Below the pieces are notes generated by a model that was given only the letters and a program-made list of their open reading frames with translations, was not told where the DNA came from and did not search any database. From Eledone cirrhosa (taxonomy: Eukaryota): DNA of 64,000 bases. Position numbers and translations under genes: made by a program. The stretch is taken from contig OZ024742.1 of assembly GCA_964016885.1 (NCBI GenBank), positions 293,136,001 through 293,200,000 on the forward strand, in the 5' to 3' direction. Position 1 is the stretch's first letter, and every line of letters starts with the position of its first letter. Positions 26,611 through 39,935 of the stretch are shown here, piece after piece.

Positions 26611-27948
26611 TCTCTCCCTCTCTCTCTCTATATATATATATATATCAATTAAAAAAATGTCCTGCATAGCTAAGATCATACAAAATGAATTTTTAAAATG
26701 TGGGGGAAGACAATGGAAAAATAGACGAAATACAGAACAGTCCCTTTTCATCAGTCGACAGCTGGAGGTCCTAATGGTTTATACACATGTGACTGTAACT
26801 CTTCAAAATTTACATATGGAAAAATACACACACATGCATATCTACACATCTTTCCTGTCTCAGTCATGCTGCTACAATACAAAGTTCACTTTCCAATCAC
26901 AAGGTTCTGCGTTCTAGCCCAAAACTAGAACTTCTATGCAAGAACATGACAGTCAGTCCAACTCATACCAACATTGAACATTGACATAAAACAGTGATGA
27001 TGATTATAATCATTTTTTTCTTTTGTCAGAAGTTAAATAGTATTCTTATATTGATGCTTCAAGTAGAAACATTCTCTTCATAGTAAAATGGAAGGTGGCG
27101 ATAAAACTAAATATATAGGTAATTACATAAGGATAATGAGAATTCTGAGTAAATAAAACAGATATATAGATATCTAACCCATGCTAGTGTGGAAAGATGG
27201 ATGTAAAACGGTGATGATGATGATGATGATAGAACATACCAGAAATAATTTGGTCTAATTAGCTACCTGTTATTGTTTGTTCTTCATGAGATAAACAGTT
27301 CTTACTGCTCTCATACTCTCAACAGTGACCAAAAATATGGAATTTACAAGGTACTCTTATATTTATGGGTTGCTATTTCCACTCAGATTTTAGTGTGTGT
27401 GTTCAGTTTAGAATAAATGTTCAGCATCCCTGTGTGTTCCAAGAGGTTACCACAAACAAGATTACCAGGAAGGGAAGGGTATCCAACTGTAAAAGATTGC
27501 TTCAAAAGGGACCCCATTAGTGAGTATGAAGCTTGTCATGGGGCCCCACAAGCTAACCCCTACTTTAGCAGGGAAAATGGTCTTAAACACCTTATTGTTG
27601 TGATGTTGATAGACTTTATGAAATAAACAGTTATTACTGTTCTCATTCTCATATTCTCAACTTTGCCAATTTCTTGGCCAAAAATGTGAAATTTATGAGA
27701 TATTTGTAGAGTTATATGGCAGTGCCCCAGCATGGCCTCAGCCTGATGGTTGGAACTTGTAATAGAGTAATAGAGTTTTGGGTGCAGGCATGGCTGTGTG
27801 CTTAATGATTCTGCTTCTCAATCTTGTGGTTTTGTGTTCAGTTCCACTATGTGGTATCTTGGGTAAAGTGTCTTTTACTATAATAAAAGAGTGAATGAAG
27901 CCTTTAAGTGAAATTTGGAAAACAGGAGTTGTACAAAAACTTATCATG

Positions 27949-27979
<31 letters not shown>

Positions 27980-29387
27980 CCATGTCTACATTTATTGTTT
28001 ATTTATATCCTGTAACTTAGTGGTTTGACAATAAAATAAGTACTATGCTTTAAAAATAATAAATATTGGGGTCAATATAATTGATTAAATCTCTTGAAGG
28101 CAGTGCTCCAGCTTGGCCAGAGTCTAATGACTGAAATAAACAAAAGAATAACATATTCACGAGTTTATACATTCTATTTAGATTTTACTGTGTATAACTT
28201 ATTTAGAAGAGGTGCAACATATCATATCCCTGAATGACATAAGTGGGGACTAAAATGGATGGCACCCTAAAAGACATCCAGCTGTAAAACATTGAAGCCT
28301 GAAGAATCCATGGCAGGCCTCATACCCATCATAGGGTCTTTTTGAAGCAATGCTTTACAGGTGCTTACTCTGCCAGGTGCCAACACTGTTTGTCACCATT
28401 CACGATATGCAGGGATATGGTGTACCTATTCTAAATTGGATGCATATAGCTGTTTGTTTTGAGGTATTTATGTTTAAATTTAAACTTTCCATCATAATTC
28501 TTTTTAACACCATGCTAATAATAAAGGTGATATGAAAGATATTGCTTATGATTTTCAAATAATTTTCAAAATAATCGAGAATTTGGAGGGATTTAGTAAT
28601 ACAACTACCCTTTTTCATTACTAAGATGGTGTTTTTAAAACTTTCATCTTTTTGATAGAACCTTTTCTTATGTTAAAAAGGCGATGAATTGGCAGAGTAG
28701 TTAAGACGTTGAATAGAATGCTTTACGGTATGTGTCCCTTCTCATTGCGCGTTCTGAATTCAAATCCTGCTGTGGTCAACTTTGCCTTTCATCCTTTTGA
28801 AGTCGATAAAAAAAGTACCAGTCCAGTACTGGTGGCGATTCTTCCTCTATAGAAAAAAATTGGCTGTGTTCAAACCTGGAGAGGGTTAAGCTCCACAAGG
28901 TTTAAAAGTGCCCTAGACACACCCTATGATGGTGCCTCTATGACTCCAGAAGGAGTTATGGGATCTTTAACCTTATCCTATCCTTTCTTATGTTATATTC
29001 CAAACAATAAACTCAATAATGAGAAAATTAGTTATATTATTAAATCCCTCCAAATTTTTTATTGTTTAAAATAATTAATTAAATTAACAGTGTCTTTCAT
29101 TAAAAGTACAGCACCAAAAGAAGTATAATGCTTGGTGTTATGTCCTTCTTTGAACAAACAGGTATAACTGCTCTCATTCACCCAATTGTGCCTATAATAT
29201 GAGATTTATGAGGTGATAGTGTATTTTATTACTTACCATACCTATTTATACCTCCTCTCAATTTTCTCATACAATACAGGATAAAACAGGATAAAAATAA
29301 TTTTTTTGAATAGTTATAGAAATAAATCTTTTTGCTGTTCAGAAATTTGACGTTAACTGCCCTTCCCTTCTCTACTGTGTGTATGTG

Positions 29388-29428
<41 letters not shown>

Positions 29429-29582
29429 ATATATTTATGTATGTGTATATATATATGTATGTGTATATATTTATGTATGTGTATATATATATATATATAT
29501 AGTGAAAAATTGACCGGGAACAAAACAGAGAGGCAGTACAAACAAAGGTTTATTAATTTCACGCTCTTGAGAGTGGGGTGGT

Positions 29583-29660
<78 letters not shown>

Positions 29661-29896
29661 TGTATATGTAGCAATATCCGTAGGTGTGAAAAGGAAAAAG
29701 GAAAACTGAACAATAGGCAGAAATATTATATCATTTATTTATGTTCATACAGAGAACAAGAGCATAACATAAGGTTTCAAGGTCCAAATTTGACCATACC
29801 TCCAGAATACAAGAGGCATCAAATTAGTGGCCTTTCTTCAGGCACTTATACAAGTTTATAAGATACTGATAAATAATATTATATATATATATATAA

Positions 29897-30210
29897 CAAA
29901 GGGGGTGTGGTAAGATACCAGGTGGACCTTAATGCACCAGAGTACTCAATACTTAGGGTAGTAGAGTGGGTAATAGGAAAAGAGTCAGGACCTTGACGGC
30001 AGAGCTCCGGCCGTTTCAACAGCTAGATGCGGACTAAGCCTGGTGGCTTAGTTTGGATCTAGCTGTCGAAACAGCCGGACTTTCCTGATAATATCTTTAA
30101 AATGAAACAGTTCTAGTCTTGTAGAAGCAATTTCTATGTTAAATATTTATACTCTGCGATGTATTGAGTACCTTAATTACTGTGGTTACCCCTGATTGAA
30201 CCTGGGATAC
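29897..30210. repeat. Head-to-head pLTR-like element with a central ~70-bp hairpin, flanked by (TA)n/(CA)n
   Basis: Hairpin CCGG..GTTTC.ACAGCTAGAT..ACTAAGCC-TGGT-GGCTTAGT..ATCTAGCTGT.GAAAC..CCGG (30007-30078), with a GTATTGAGTAC motif pointing outward on both sides. Confidence 0.6.
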
Positions 30211-31331
30211 ACACACACATATATATAAGCCCACTATTATCCTTTTAGTCACCTTCCTCTCTTCATAACTCCTACAGCTTCTTTTATTTACTTGTTAGAT
30301 GTCTATTTCTCAGGGATAGAAATGCTGTGCCCATGACTCCTTAGAGAACGCCCAAATCTAGTAATGGAGGAGCAAGAGGAGGAGGGGGCAAGTATTCTTG
30401 GTCCAGAAACCTGGACTGAATCCTTATGACAGATTAGACTCCACTAAATTTTTGCCTAACGATCAAGTGGTGGTGTAGTTAAACAGGGTGATGAATTGAA
30501 ACTCAAAATACATAATACCAGAACAAATACCACACAACATCTTGTTTGATGATCTAACAATTATAGAAAACCTCTGCTCTGAATTAGGACTTTATTTGTA
30601 CCTCAAAAGTTGACCTCAGTAGGAAATGAACTCAAATCCCAGAGAGCCAGAACAAACAATTTAACAACAGTGCTAATTTGCTGCCTTGAATAAACATAAA
30701 ATTGTGTGAAAGGCACAGCGTCTCTAGTGCTGGTGTCATGATGAAACCTTCCCTGTACACTCTGTAAAGTGATTGTGGATAGGAAGGGCATCCAGCCATA
30801 GAAAATTTGTGAGGACTTTTCAGTCGTGTCGAAGATGTGACAATTTCATTAATGCTAGTGCCACGATAAGTGTACTCAATACATTCTGTAGAGTGTAGGA
30901 ATGTATGTAAATAGTATGCTGTAGCCACCACCTCAAAAACTCCTGTCCAACCCATGCCAATATGGAAGATTGGATGTAAAAATGAAGGATTATATCCAGG
31001 CTCACATCACATCATACAATATATTTGTCCATTTTTTTTTGTTAAAGCATTAGAATAAAGTTTGAGGAGGATTTGGTTGCTAATAGTAGCAAATCAAGCC
31101 ACCACATAGAGGCTCCCCGCTTGGCTCATCAAAAATACAGTAAGTAGGTATAAATCTAAAAATACTATCTTAATTGATCAGAATTTTGGTATGAAAGAGA
31201 AGCTATTTCTCAGTTATTTCATTGTACCAATAATATATGGATTACATTCAATTAGCTCTCCTGTCTTGTTTCATAAACTTGGCTTTCTGCCCATTCAAAA
31301 ACATCATCATCATCACCATCATCACCATCAC

Positions 31332-31367
<36 letters not shown>

Positions 31368-31379
31368 TATCATTATTAT

Positions 31380-31765
31380 TAAGGTGGGTGAATGTGGCAA
31401 GAATGGCCCGCGTGGATGGGCTTACTCTAAGAATCTGCCCATAGGCTGGTTAACTTGAAGAGGAGAGGGATGCCTTTCCTGGTTGCCCTTGAAGCGTCGC
31501 ATGTTTCAGGATTGGTTGGGGTATCTGAGTCACCCCTGGGTGGTTCACCCCCCTCCCCCTCATACCCCCTATCGGGGAATTTATTTTGTTATATTTCTAT
31601 ATATATTTTATTTTTATATTTTTTCAATGTTAAATTGTTTTTGTTATTGTGTATTTTCACTCAATTTTATTGTAAACCTCCCTCACTATCCCTGTCTTTA
31701 TATTGTCCCCTATATGTCGGCCCTTGTGGCCAATAAATGAAATCTTCATTATTATTATTATTATC
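31380..31765 (+). mobile_element. Tx1-type 3' end (last ORF2 codons plus 3'UTR) with (ATT)n tail
   Basis: RWVNVARMARVDGLTL, as at the ORF2 end at 44363, then a 3'UTR ending CCTTGTGGCCAATAAA and (ATT)n. Confidence 0.75.
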
Positions 31766-31767
31766 AT

Positions 31768-33255
31768 AGGCTGTCCACAATTCAAGATAGTCAGCTACAC
31801 AGACCACAAATTCCTGATCTGTGTGGTTGACTTAGATAGGCTTCATAAACAAGGACCCGCCTACTGGAAGCTAAACGCGTCATTACCAGTGTGCAAGGCC
31901 TACAGAGACCGGATTAGCGAACTAGTTAAGTGGGCGTTGACGGGGGCCATTGTCAACAACAAGTGGTGGTTTGCTCTGAAAAAAGCGATTAGAACAGAGT
32001 CCATTAGGTTTAGTAAGGCTTTAGCAATAGAGAAAAATAGAGCAGAGGGAGAACTAGTTAGAAAATTAGACGAGGCGCTTAGCAAAGGCATTGCAACCGA
32101 CGTACTTGCGGCGAAATTGGCCCTTGACCAATTCTTCAATGCAAAGCACGAAGGCTGCGTTGTCAGAGCTAGGGTGCATGCTCTCGGACACGAGGGGACG
32201 AAAGCCGTTCAATGGGCCCGAGTGGCGGAGGCGCGCCATGGCAACAAAGCCACGATCTGGTCTTTGGTGGACCACGACGGGCACATGCTACTCGATCCCG
32301 GGCAAATGTGTGAAGCTTTTCAGCGACACTTCGCTCAGCTGTTCGGGGGCAGCGGCGGGCCGGATCGAGGGATGGACTTTAGTGTCTACCTCGAGAGACT
32401 GCCACGACTCTCGGCCACTGAGGTGGAGTGTTGCAAAAAGCCGATAACAGCTGAAGTATGGGAGGCAATGACTGGGGGCCTATGGACAACTTCCAGAAAT
32501 CCCTGGCCTGGCAGTGCTACCGAGGAGCTTTGCCAGTTTGGGATAAACTCTACAGGCATGGAGGTGCCGTCAGCCGGGCATGTCCGAGATGCGTGCAGGG
32601 CAACAAAACCGTCCTGCATGCACTCGTCCAGTGTCCGAGCATTGCTGACTTGTGGGTTTATGTCACATGTAGAACGGATCCGACTATCAGCTGAGTCCAT
32701 CGTGAGGATTGCTCCGCCCTCTTCCTTTAGCCGGGAAGGGCAGGCAGTTTTTATCTGTCTGGTGGCCATGGCGAAAGAGATAGTATGGTGGACACGTCTG
32801 AAAGGGCTGAAGACGAGCACTTACCTCTTCGGTGATGCACTGATTAACTTTTTCCAATTTCATTTGAAAAAGAAAATCAGGGTAGAGAGGGAGGTGCTCT
32901 CTTCCCAGCTTTTTGTTGAAAGATGGGTGAGAGAGGGAAGAATGGCCCGAGTGAGTGGACCTACTCTGTGTATATGCCTGTAAATTGAAGGAGGAAAACT
33001 GGGAGAAGACAATTGCCCTGGTGGTCAGGGTCACCGTCGCTTTTTTTAATGGGCTTTCCACGATGGCCCTCGGAAGTCTCCCCCCTATTGGGGAATTTTT
33101 CATTGTTCTTTTATTACATCCTCTGTTTTTTTTTTATTTTTACACGCAGAAATACCCATTTGTACCGTCCTGTATTGTCCGGTATTGTCCTGTACTGTCC
33201 TTAATGTCTACTTTGTGTAAACCCTTGTGGTTAATAAAGAAATCATTATTATTAT
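31768..33255 (+). mobile_element. Tx1/L1-clade LINE fragment, 5'-truncated, RT core deleted
   Basis: SYTDHK...GPAYWKLNASL (end of the APE domain) is joined at ~32480 to the zf-RVT/C-terminal part (DNFQKSLAWQCYRGALPV...CPRC); then 3'UTR, AATAAA and (ATT)n. Confidence 0.9.
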
Positions 33256-33320
33256 TGTTCTTTGAGTGTCAGTCATTGATGTTAGTTAACTGGAAAGTTT
33301 GTTGAAATGAATATCAAGCC

Positions 33321-33689
33321 ACTACCTGTAGCCTCAGATATTCAGGACGTATCGGAGGGTTCTTGCTGTTCCCAGCAAGCATGCCTTTTGAAGTGTTCCA
33401 AAAAGTGGGGCGGGGCCAAATTTCTTTAACCATCCCTGGAAACTTATTGTGATAGTACCTAGTGCACCTATGACAATCGGGACCACTTTGACTTCATGGC
33501 AGTTCCAAATCCTTTTTACCTCCCACTTTAAGTCCTGGTATCGGTTAATTTGCTCCCTTTCCTTCTCTTGCACTCTCGTGTCGAATGGGCAGGCCACGTC
33601 CACAATCAGGCACAATCTTTTTTCCTTGTCCAAAACCACCAGGTCAGGTCTATTGTGTTCCAGTTTCTTGTCCGTCTGTATCCTATTAT
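33321..33689 (-). mobile_element. 3' fragment of an R4/Dong-clade LINE (restriction-like endonuclease)
   Basis: HNRPDLVVLDK...IVDVACPFD...KEREQINRYQDL...VVPIVIGALG...LQKACLLGTARTLRYVL is a PD-(D/E)xK RLE C-terminus. Confidence 0.88.
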
Positions 33690-33875
33690 GGTGGATTGGC
33701 AGTATCGGTAGAGGGTCGGACGCCATGCTTTCCAGCATAGTTACGTCCCTTTACCATCTGAGTTCAAATCCCGCCGAGGTTGACTTTGCCTTTCATCCTT
33801 ACGGGGTCGATAAAATAAAGTACCAGTAATGCACTGGTAATTGCTGGCCTTGTGCCTAAAGTAGAAACAATTATT
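33690..33875 (+). mobile_element. Nin/Deu-domain SINE
   Basis: Near-consensus copy. Confidence 0.85.
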
Positions 33876-34232
33876 ATTGTTATTGTTCTTTGAGTCTCAG
33901 TCATTGATGTTAGTTAACTGGAAAGTTTGTTGAAGTGAATATCAAGCCTATTATTATCATTGCACTTGTTTATATTGAAAGAGTGTCAATTTAGCTCCTG
34001 CCTTTTATCACTTGCCACCTAACCCTGATGGCTTGTTTTTGAATATAAATGTCAAATATTGTAAGAAAATGAAAGGACTGTTTTTATATTAAAAAAATAA
34101 TAATAATTTTCTAGCCTTAAGGTTAGAAAATTCATTTCCATTTAAAACAAATCTCTGTAACTGATAGACAGACTTTTCAAAATAGAGTCAAATAAAAAAC
34201 CTGAAAGAGGAGAATTACCATGGGCCCCTATC

Positions 34233-34309
<77 letters not shown>

Positions 34310-34689
34310 TTTAATGGCAAAGAAAAGTTTCTAGGATTGACAGAAGCTGTTGACATTTACGATAATCCAAAAACATGAAGATTTCATGTGACAACATTCT
34401 GTTGGCACCCCATTGAAGTGAGGAGTTTTTCCAATTCCCCACATACCACTTGAGGAGAACAGTCAGGCTAAGGATATCAGATGTCCCACCATGTTTGGAC
34501 ATCTGGTGGATCTTGGCCTTCATTGTCCTTCAGGAGGCTGACACATTCTTGGATATGAGTAGAACTAAGCACTAGAGCTGGTTGGAATTCCTGCTTCAGG
34601 TGAAACCAGAAAACAAAACAAAAACAAAAAAGAAATCCCAGATCTTATTAAACTTGTAGATAGGGATAGCATAGGGTATTCACAATTAC

Positions 34690-34975
34690 ATATGGTCACA
34701 TTCTCAGACCATAAAATTTCTGATCTGATTAGTCAACCTAGATAGGAAACGTAAACAGGATTCCAGTTACTGGAAGCCTGACATGTAATTTCAGGCACAT
34801 AAAGTCTCGAGACCAGATTAATATATTAGTTAAGCACTAACTGACCGGGGTAATTGTCAACAATAAGGTGTGGTGCACTCTCAAGAGAGAGATTAGATTA
34901 GAATCAATAACTTTTAGCTGTGAGAATCACCTTGGATCATTTCAATGCAAAACATGAAGATTGTATTGTTAGGAG
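34690..34975 (+). mobile_element. Decayed Tx1 ORF2 fragment
   Basis: FSDHK...LDRKRKQDSSYWK...GVIVNNK...FNAKHEDCIVR remnants, like 31790-32170. Confidence 0.6.
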
Positions 34976-36479
34976 GTAGGTATCCTGAAACTGGAGATAT
35001 GAGAGACAAGGGAAGGGGCAGTGCCCATGTCCCTTTTCAGAGCTGCTGAGACGGGTGGGATGGAGAGAGGAAGATGTCCTCAAACTGGAAGCCTAATTCA
35101 GATACAAAGGCCAGGTGGTGGTGTTAAACTGGGTGACAGATTAAGGCTAACAGCCTTATTGGGAACAATGTAATATTTCATCCCTTTCATTAACATATTT
35201 GAAGTTAAATAAACTATGTCTTCAATTAATTCTGAAAATAATCAATAATTTCGAGGGATTTAGTGAAATAACATACTCTGTTATTATTAAGCTGCATCTG
35301 GTAGTGGGGCTCCAGTTTGAGAGTTCTGGGGTTCTGCAGAGTTACCATTTAGTCATCATTATTCCCAGGTTTGCTCTGCCCTGGGGCAGTAGTACCTGTC
35401 AGGATCCCGTCTATGGGTTAAATAGCCTTATTGGCAAGGCACAGTGGACAGGCACGATGACATGTTTTGTAGCATCCAGCAGCTACACCCCAGCCTGAGT
35501 AACTGCCCCCCCCCCCCCCGTGCTTCTGAGGAAGGTTTTAAGCCAGAGACTAGAAGAACGACACTCTGGTGTAAAAGCTATGACCCAAGGACCTTGCTGT
35601 CGCCATCCCAGTTTCCTAGACCATGAGAGTGTAAAGGGAGGAGTTAGTTCAGCACACACTATGCAGGATTGAAAGACATGTCTTTGACCACAAACCACTC
35701 CAAGCCCAGTAGCATTGAGGGACAAAAACAGCAGGTGTAAGGAAGAAGAAGAAGAAGAAGAAGAAGAAGAAGAAGAAGAAGAAGAATCAAGCTTCTGACA
35801 CAAACAAGTATCACTAACCCTATCAAGAATAGATGGGAAATTTCGTTATCACCCAAATCTTTTAGCTTTAAGTTGATAATACTAGAGAGAGGAAGTTTGA
35901 TATTTTGAAGTAGGTGCCAAAAGCAACACACACCACTTCCTTGGCTTATAGTTAGCTGTTAAATTGGTACTTACTTCTAAAGAACAATGCAATAGGAAAC
36001 CAGTGTGGCACTAACTGCTGAGATACTAAGTAAAACTTCTAAGTCATTTATCCACATTGTCAGCATCGTTTTATATCTGTATATCCATGTTGCGGAAATG
36101 TGTGGCCTAGTGGTAAGGGTGTTTGACTTATGATCATAATGTTGTGGGTTTGATATCTGGGCTAGAATTTATTTATGAATATAATTAACGTTTTGATCAT
36201 TATGGAACATAACTTAACCCTTTTGATATGTTGTGGGTTTGATTCCTGGGCTGGGTTATATGTTGTGTTGTTGAGCAAAACACTTCATTTCACATTATTT
36301 CACGTTAAGCCTCCTGGCTTGAGACAGACTTTAGACTTAGACTTACATATCCATGTTGGTATGGGTTGGGTTTGTACAGCTTGATGCTCTTCTAAACACC
36401 AACCTTTTTATAGAGTGTACATGGTGCATTTATAAAGGTTCAATGACAAACCTATCAGAATGCAACCAATACTTCAACA

Positions 36480-37050
36480 GCTTGCGATCTTCAGCTTGTT
36501 GGGCAATGAAACCTGTGTCTGTCACTGAATGCATTAAGTTTCCCTGGAGAAAGTGTCACTGTATGCTGCATCCTGAGATGAGAGTCTTACCACCACGGAT
36601 CAGGAAGATTGTGATACCATCTGGCCTTTTGCCATCCACACTGGCTTGAGCTGCGAAGGGAAGCTGGTATTGGAGCGTGGTATGGAAGGCAACCAGCACA
36701 GTGACAGCATGACAGAGAGTGAAGACTGAAAGCATCCACTGTGGTTCCACAGTAGCATTTATATTGCTTGTGGATCCAGAGGCCAATCCTCAGGGGAACA
36801 CCGATGGGGACGGTCATTGTCCAGCTGAGCCCCAGTTAATAGTGAGGGTATGGTGTTTAGCCAGGCACTATTATGTGGGAAGCAGAGTTGAAACATGCCA
36901 GGTAGTGTGGTCAAGCAGGTGCACAAAGTCTGAAGACTTGTCTGAAGCCTTGTCGCATTGGATTGCATCCCATTTGGACTGGGGAACAGAGTAGAGACCA
37001 AGCTGGTTTTAGGTCACATAGGCCATCTCACATTCCCTGATTACAGTAGG
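36480..37050 (-). mobile_element. Decayed CRE-like (RLE) non-LTR element 3' fragment
   Basis: Frameshifted motifs SAWLNTIPSLLTGAQLDND / PIGVPLRIGL...CYCGTTVDAFSLHSLSC / DGKRPDGITI: a zinc knuckle followed by an RLE domain. Confidence 0.7.
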
Positions 37051-37057
37051 TTCTGAT

Positions 37058-39935
37058 CATCATCATCATTTTACATCTGCTTTTCCCTGCTTGCAAGGGT
37101 AGGACGGGTCTTATTCAGCACAGCATTTCTCCACTCATCACGGTCCTTCCTCATCTCCACTGTGAGCTTCAGCGATCTGAGGTCTGTTCTCACCACCTCC
37201 GCCCATGTTTTTCGTGGTCTACCTCTACCACGTCTTCTTTCAACTGGCATTTCCTGGCACTTCTTCACCCATCGGTCATCCTCCATGCACATCACATGTC
37301 CATACCACCTCAGTCTCCTCTCCCGTATACTACATTCTATGCCTCTCAGACACAGTTCCTCTCTCAACACATTTATGCTGAGTCGTTCACGCACATTGAC
37401 ATTGCACATCCAACGGAGCATGCTTGCCTCATTTCTCTCCAGCCGTCGCATATCCTCTGCAGTTGCTGCCCATGTCTCACTACCATGCAGCATCGCACTC
37501 CTCACACAGGCATCATATAACCGGCCTTTCGTACGCAGGGAGAAACCCTTCTTCGTCAGCAGAGGAAGCAGCTCCCTAAACCTCTTCCAACCCGTCCTTA
37601 TTCTAGATACTATGGCCTCGGAACACATGCTAATCTGATCTCCTAGGTACCGGAAGCTATCCACCACTTCTATAGCGCCCTCCTGCATTTGAAAAATGTG
37701 TCTATCAATGCGACTTCTACATATTTCTCCCTACCTGTTAGTTTGCCTGCTATCCCGCTACATCTCTTGTGTACCCAGGATCTGCATTGTGTGCATTTTA
37801 TAGAATTTATGCCAGTTCCTTTTCTGCATATCGAACATGGCCATTTCCCTGACGGAATCAGGGTTTTGTCCTCTTTTCTACTCATCAACACTTTTGTCTT
37901 AGCTAGATTCACTCTCAGTCCTCTTGCTTCCAACTGCTGTTTCCATAGCCAGAATTTATTCTCTAGCTCCTCTACTGATTCTGCTATAAGAACCAGATCG
38001 TCAGCATAGAGAAGTTCCCATGGTCAGCCAGTCTTAAACTCCTCTGTTATGGCTTGGAGGACTATAATGAACAAGAGCGGGCTGAGGACCGAACCCTGAT
38101 GTACTCCTACTTGTATCTGGAATTTCTCACTAAACTCCATTCCTACCCTGACTTTACTGAGAGTACCTCTGTACAAAGTTTGCACTGTCCTCACAAGCCA
38201 TTCCTCAACACCTAGCTTCCTTAGGGACCACCAGATGACAGATCGGGGTACCCTATCAAAGGCCTTCTCTAGGTCAACAAAGGCTAAGTATAGTGGCTTA
38301 TTCTTCTCTAAGAACCTCTCTTGCAATTGTCTCACCAAGAAGAGGGCATCTGTTGTACTTTTCCCAGGCACAAAACCAAACTGCATCTCATCTAGTTTGA
38401 CCCTTTCTCTAATTAGTTGCGCTAAAATCCTTTCTGCCACTTTCATAACCTGATTTATCAGTTTTATACCCCTATAATTGCTCCTCTCCAGAGCATCCCC
38501 TTTACCTTTGTAGCAATTTATGAGAATACTGCTGCACCAGTCTTTGGATATGACACCACCATATATAGCCTGATTGATGATGCGTGCAACCAGTTTAGTG
38601 CCTACGTCCCCTGATGCCTTCACCATCTCAGCAACTATTCCCGATGGTCCGGCAGCCTTACCATTTTTCATTTCCCTAATCGCCTCTTGGATCCTATATT
38701 CGTCAATCTCAATAGCTGGTCCCTCTGTCGGATCAACCAAGGGTAATTTCTCTCTCTCCCATTTGTTCTCCACATTCATCAGTCTCTCATAATGACATTT
38801 CCAGGCCTCCTTTTTCTGATCATTCGTGACACTAAGTACACCGGCATCATCCCGGACACATTTATCTCCAACAACATCCTGATTTGCATTGACACACTGC
38901 CTTGCAATGTGGAACACCGCACGCCTCTGATCTTCCCGTCGCAGAACATTGGCAAACCTCCTACTCTCTGCCTCCCTGCGTGCTAAGTACACCTGACATC
39001 TAGCTTCTCTCTTAGTGGCTGTATATTCTTCCCTACTCCCACCCTTTTTCCAAGCCTTTCATGCTAGTCTTTTGTCTCTAATAGCCTTATCTACTGTGCT
39101 GTTCCATGACCAGGTCACTCTCTGTCTGGTTGGAGCTCTGCTCCAGCCACAAGTTTCATCAGTAGCCTGCAGCAAGTTGTCACGTAAGAAATTCCAGTTA
39201 TTATCTATGTCATACGTCTCTAAATCGTCTTCTTTTTCGACATATACATCTTGAAGGGCTTTCCTAAATTTGTATTTTAGTGAAAGGTCTTTTAGCTTCC
39301 AGACCTTTCTTCTCCACACCTTCCTATATGTCTCATTCCATCTCTTTCTTACTGAGATATCACTAACAACTAACCTATGCTGTGGGGTACATTCTTCCCC
39401 AGGGTATGCCTTGGTATTAGACACTATCTACCTGTCCCGCTGCCTAACTAGTAAGAAGTCAATCTGGCTTGTGTGCTCACCAGATTTGTAGGTTATTAGG
39501 TGATTGGCAGGTTTCTGGAAATTTGTGTTGCAAATAGTCAATGAACCTGCATAACAAAATTCAAGAAGTCTCACTCCTTCTTCATTTCTTGAACCGTAAC
39601 CGTGCCCGCCCACCATGTACTCCAGTGTAACTATCCTGGAGCTGTCCAACATGGCCATTGAAGTCTCCTGCTAGCATAACGATGTCTCCGTCCTCTGTCA
39701 TTGCGGTTGTTTGCAAAAGTTGCTCATAAAAGCAGTCTTTCTCATCTTTGCCTAGGCCTGCTTGGGGAGCATAGGCCGAGATGATTGTCAGTAGTCTCCT
39801 ACCTACAACTAATCTAAGCTTAATTATTCGATTACTAACTCGAACTACCTCTATTGTCTTATTGATCCATTTCTCAGCCAGGAAAATGCCTACTCCCCCT
39901 AACCATCATCCTTACCTACCCAGAATAGCTTATAG
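37058..39935 (-). mobile_element. RTE-clade LINE, 5'-truncated within the APE endonuclease, several stops/frameshifts
   Basis: APE remnants (ISAYAPQ, GDFNGHVG, SQIDFLL, PQHRLVV), RT ORF 38024-38992 (NYRGIKL, FVDLEKAFDRV, GVHQGSVLSP), LLYADD, C-terminus 37071-37688 and a (GAT)n tail. Confidence 0.95.

Noticed and set aside
28350-28440. LFVTIHDMQGYG resembling a CACTA transposase motif
   Set aside because: Too short, with no further transposase motifs or termini.
35520-35560. CTGAGGAAGGTTTAAGCCAGAGACTAG as a hammerhead
   Set aside because: Has GAGAC instead of GAAAC, no UH triplet and only a trivial stem I.
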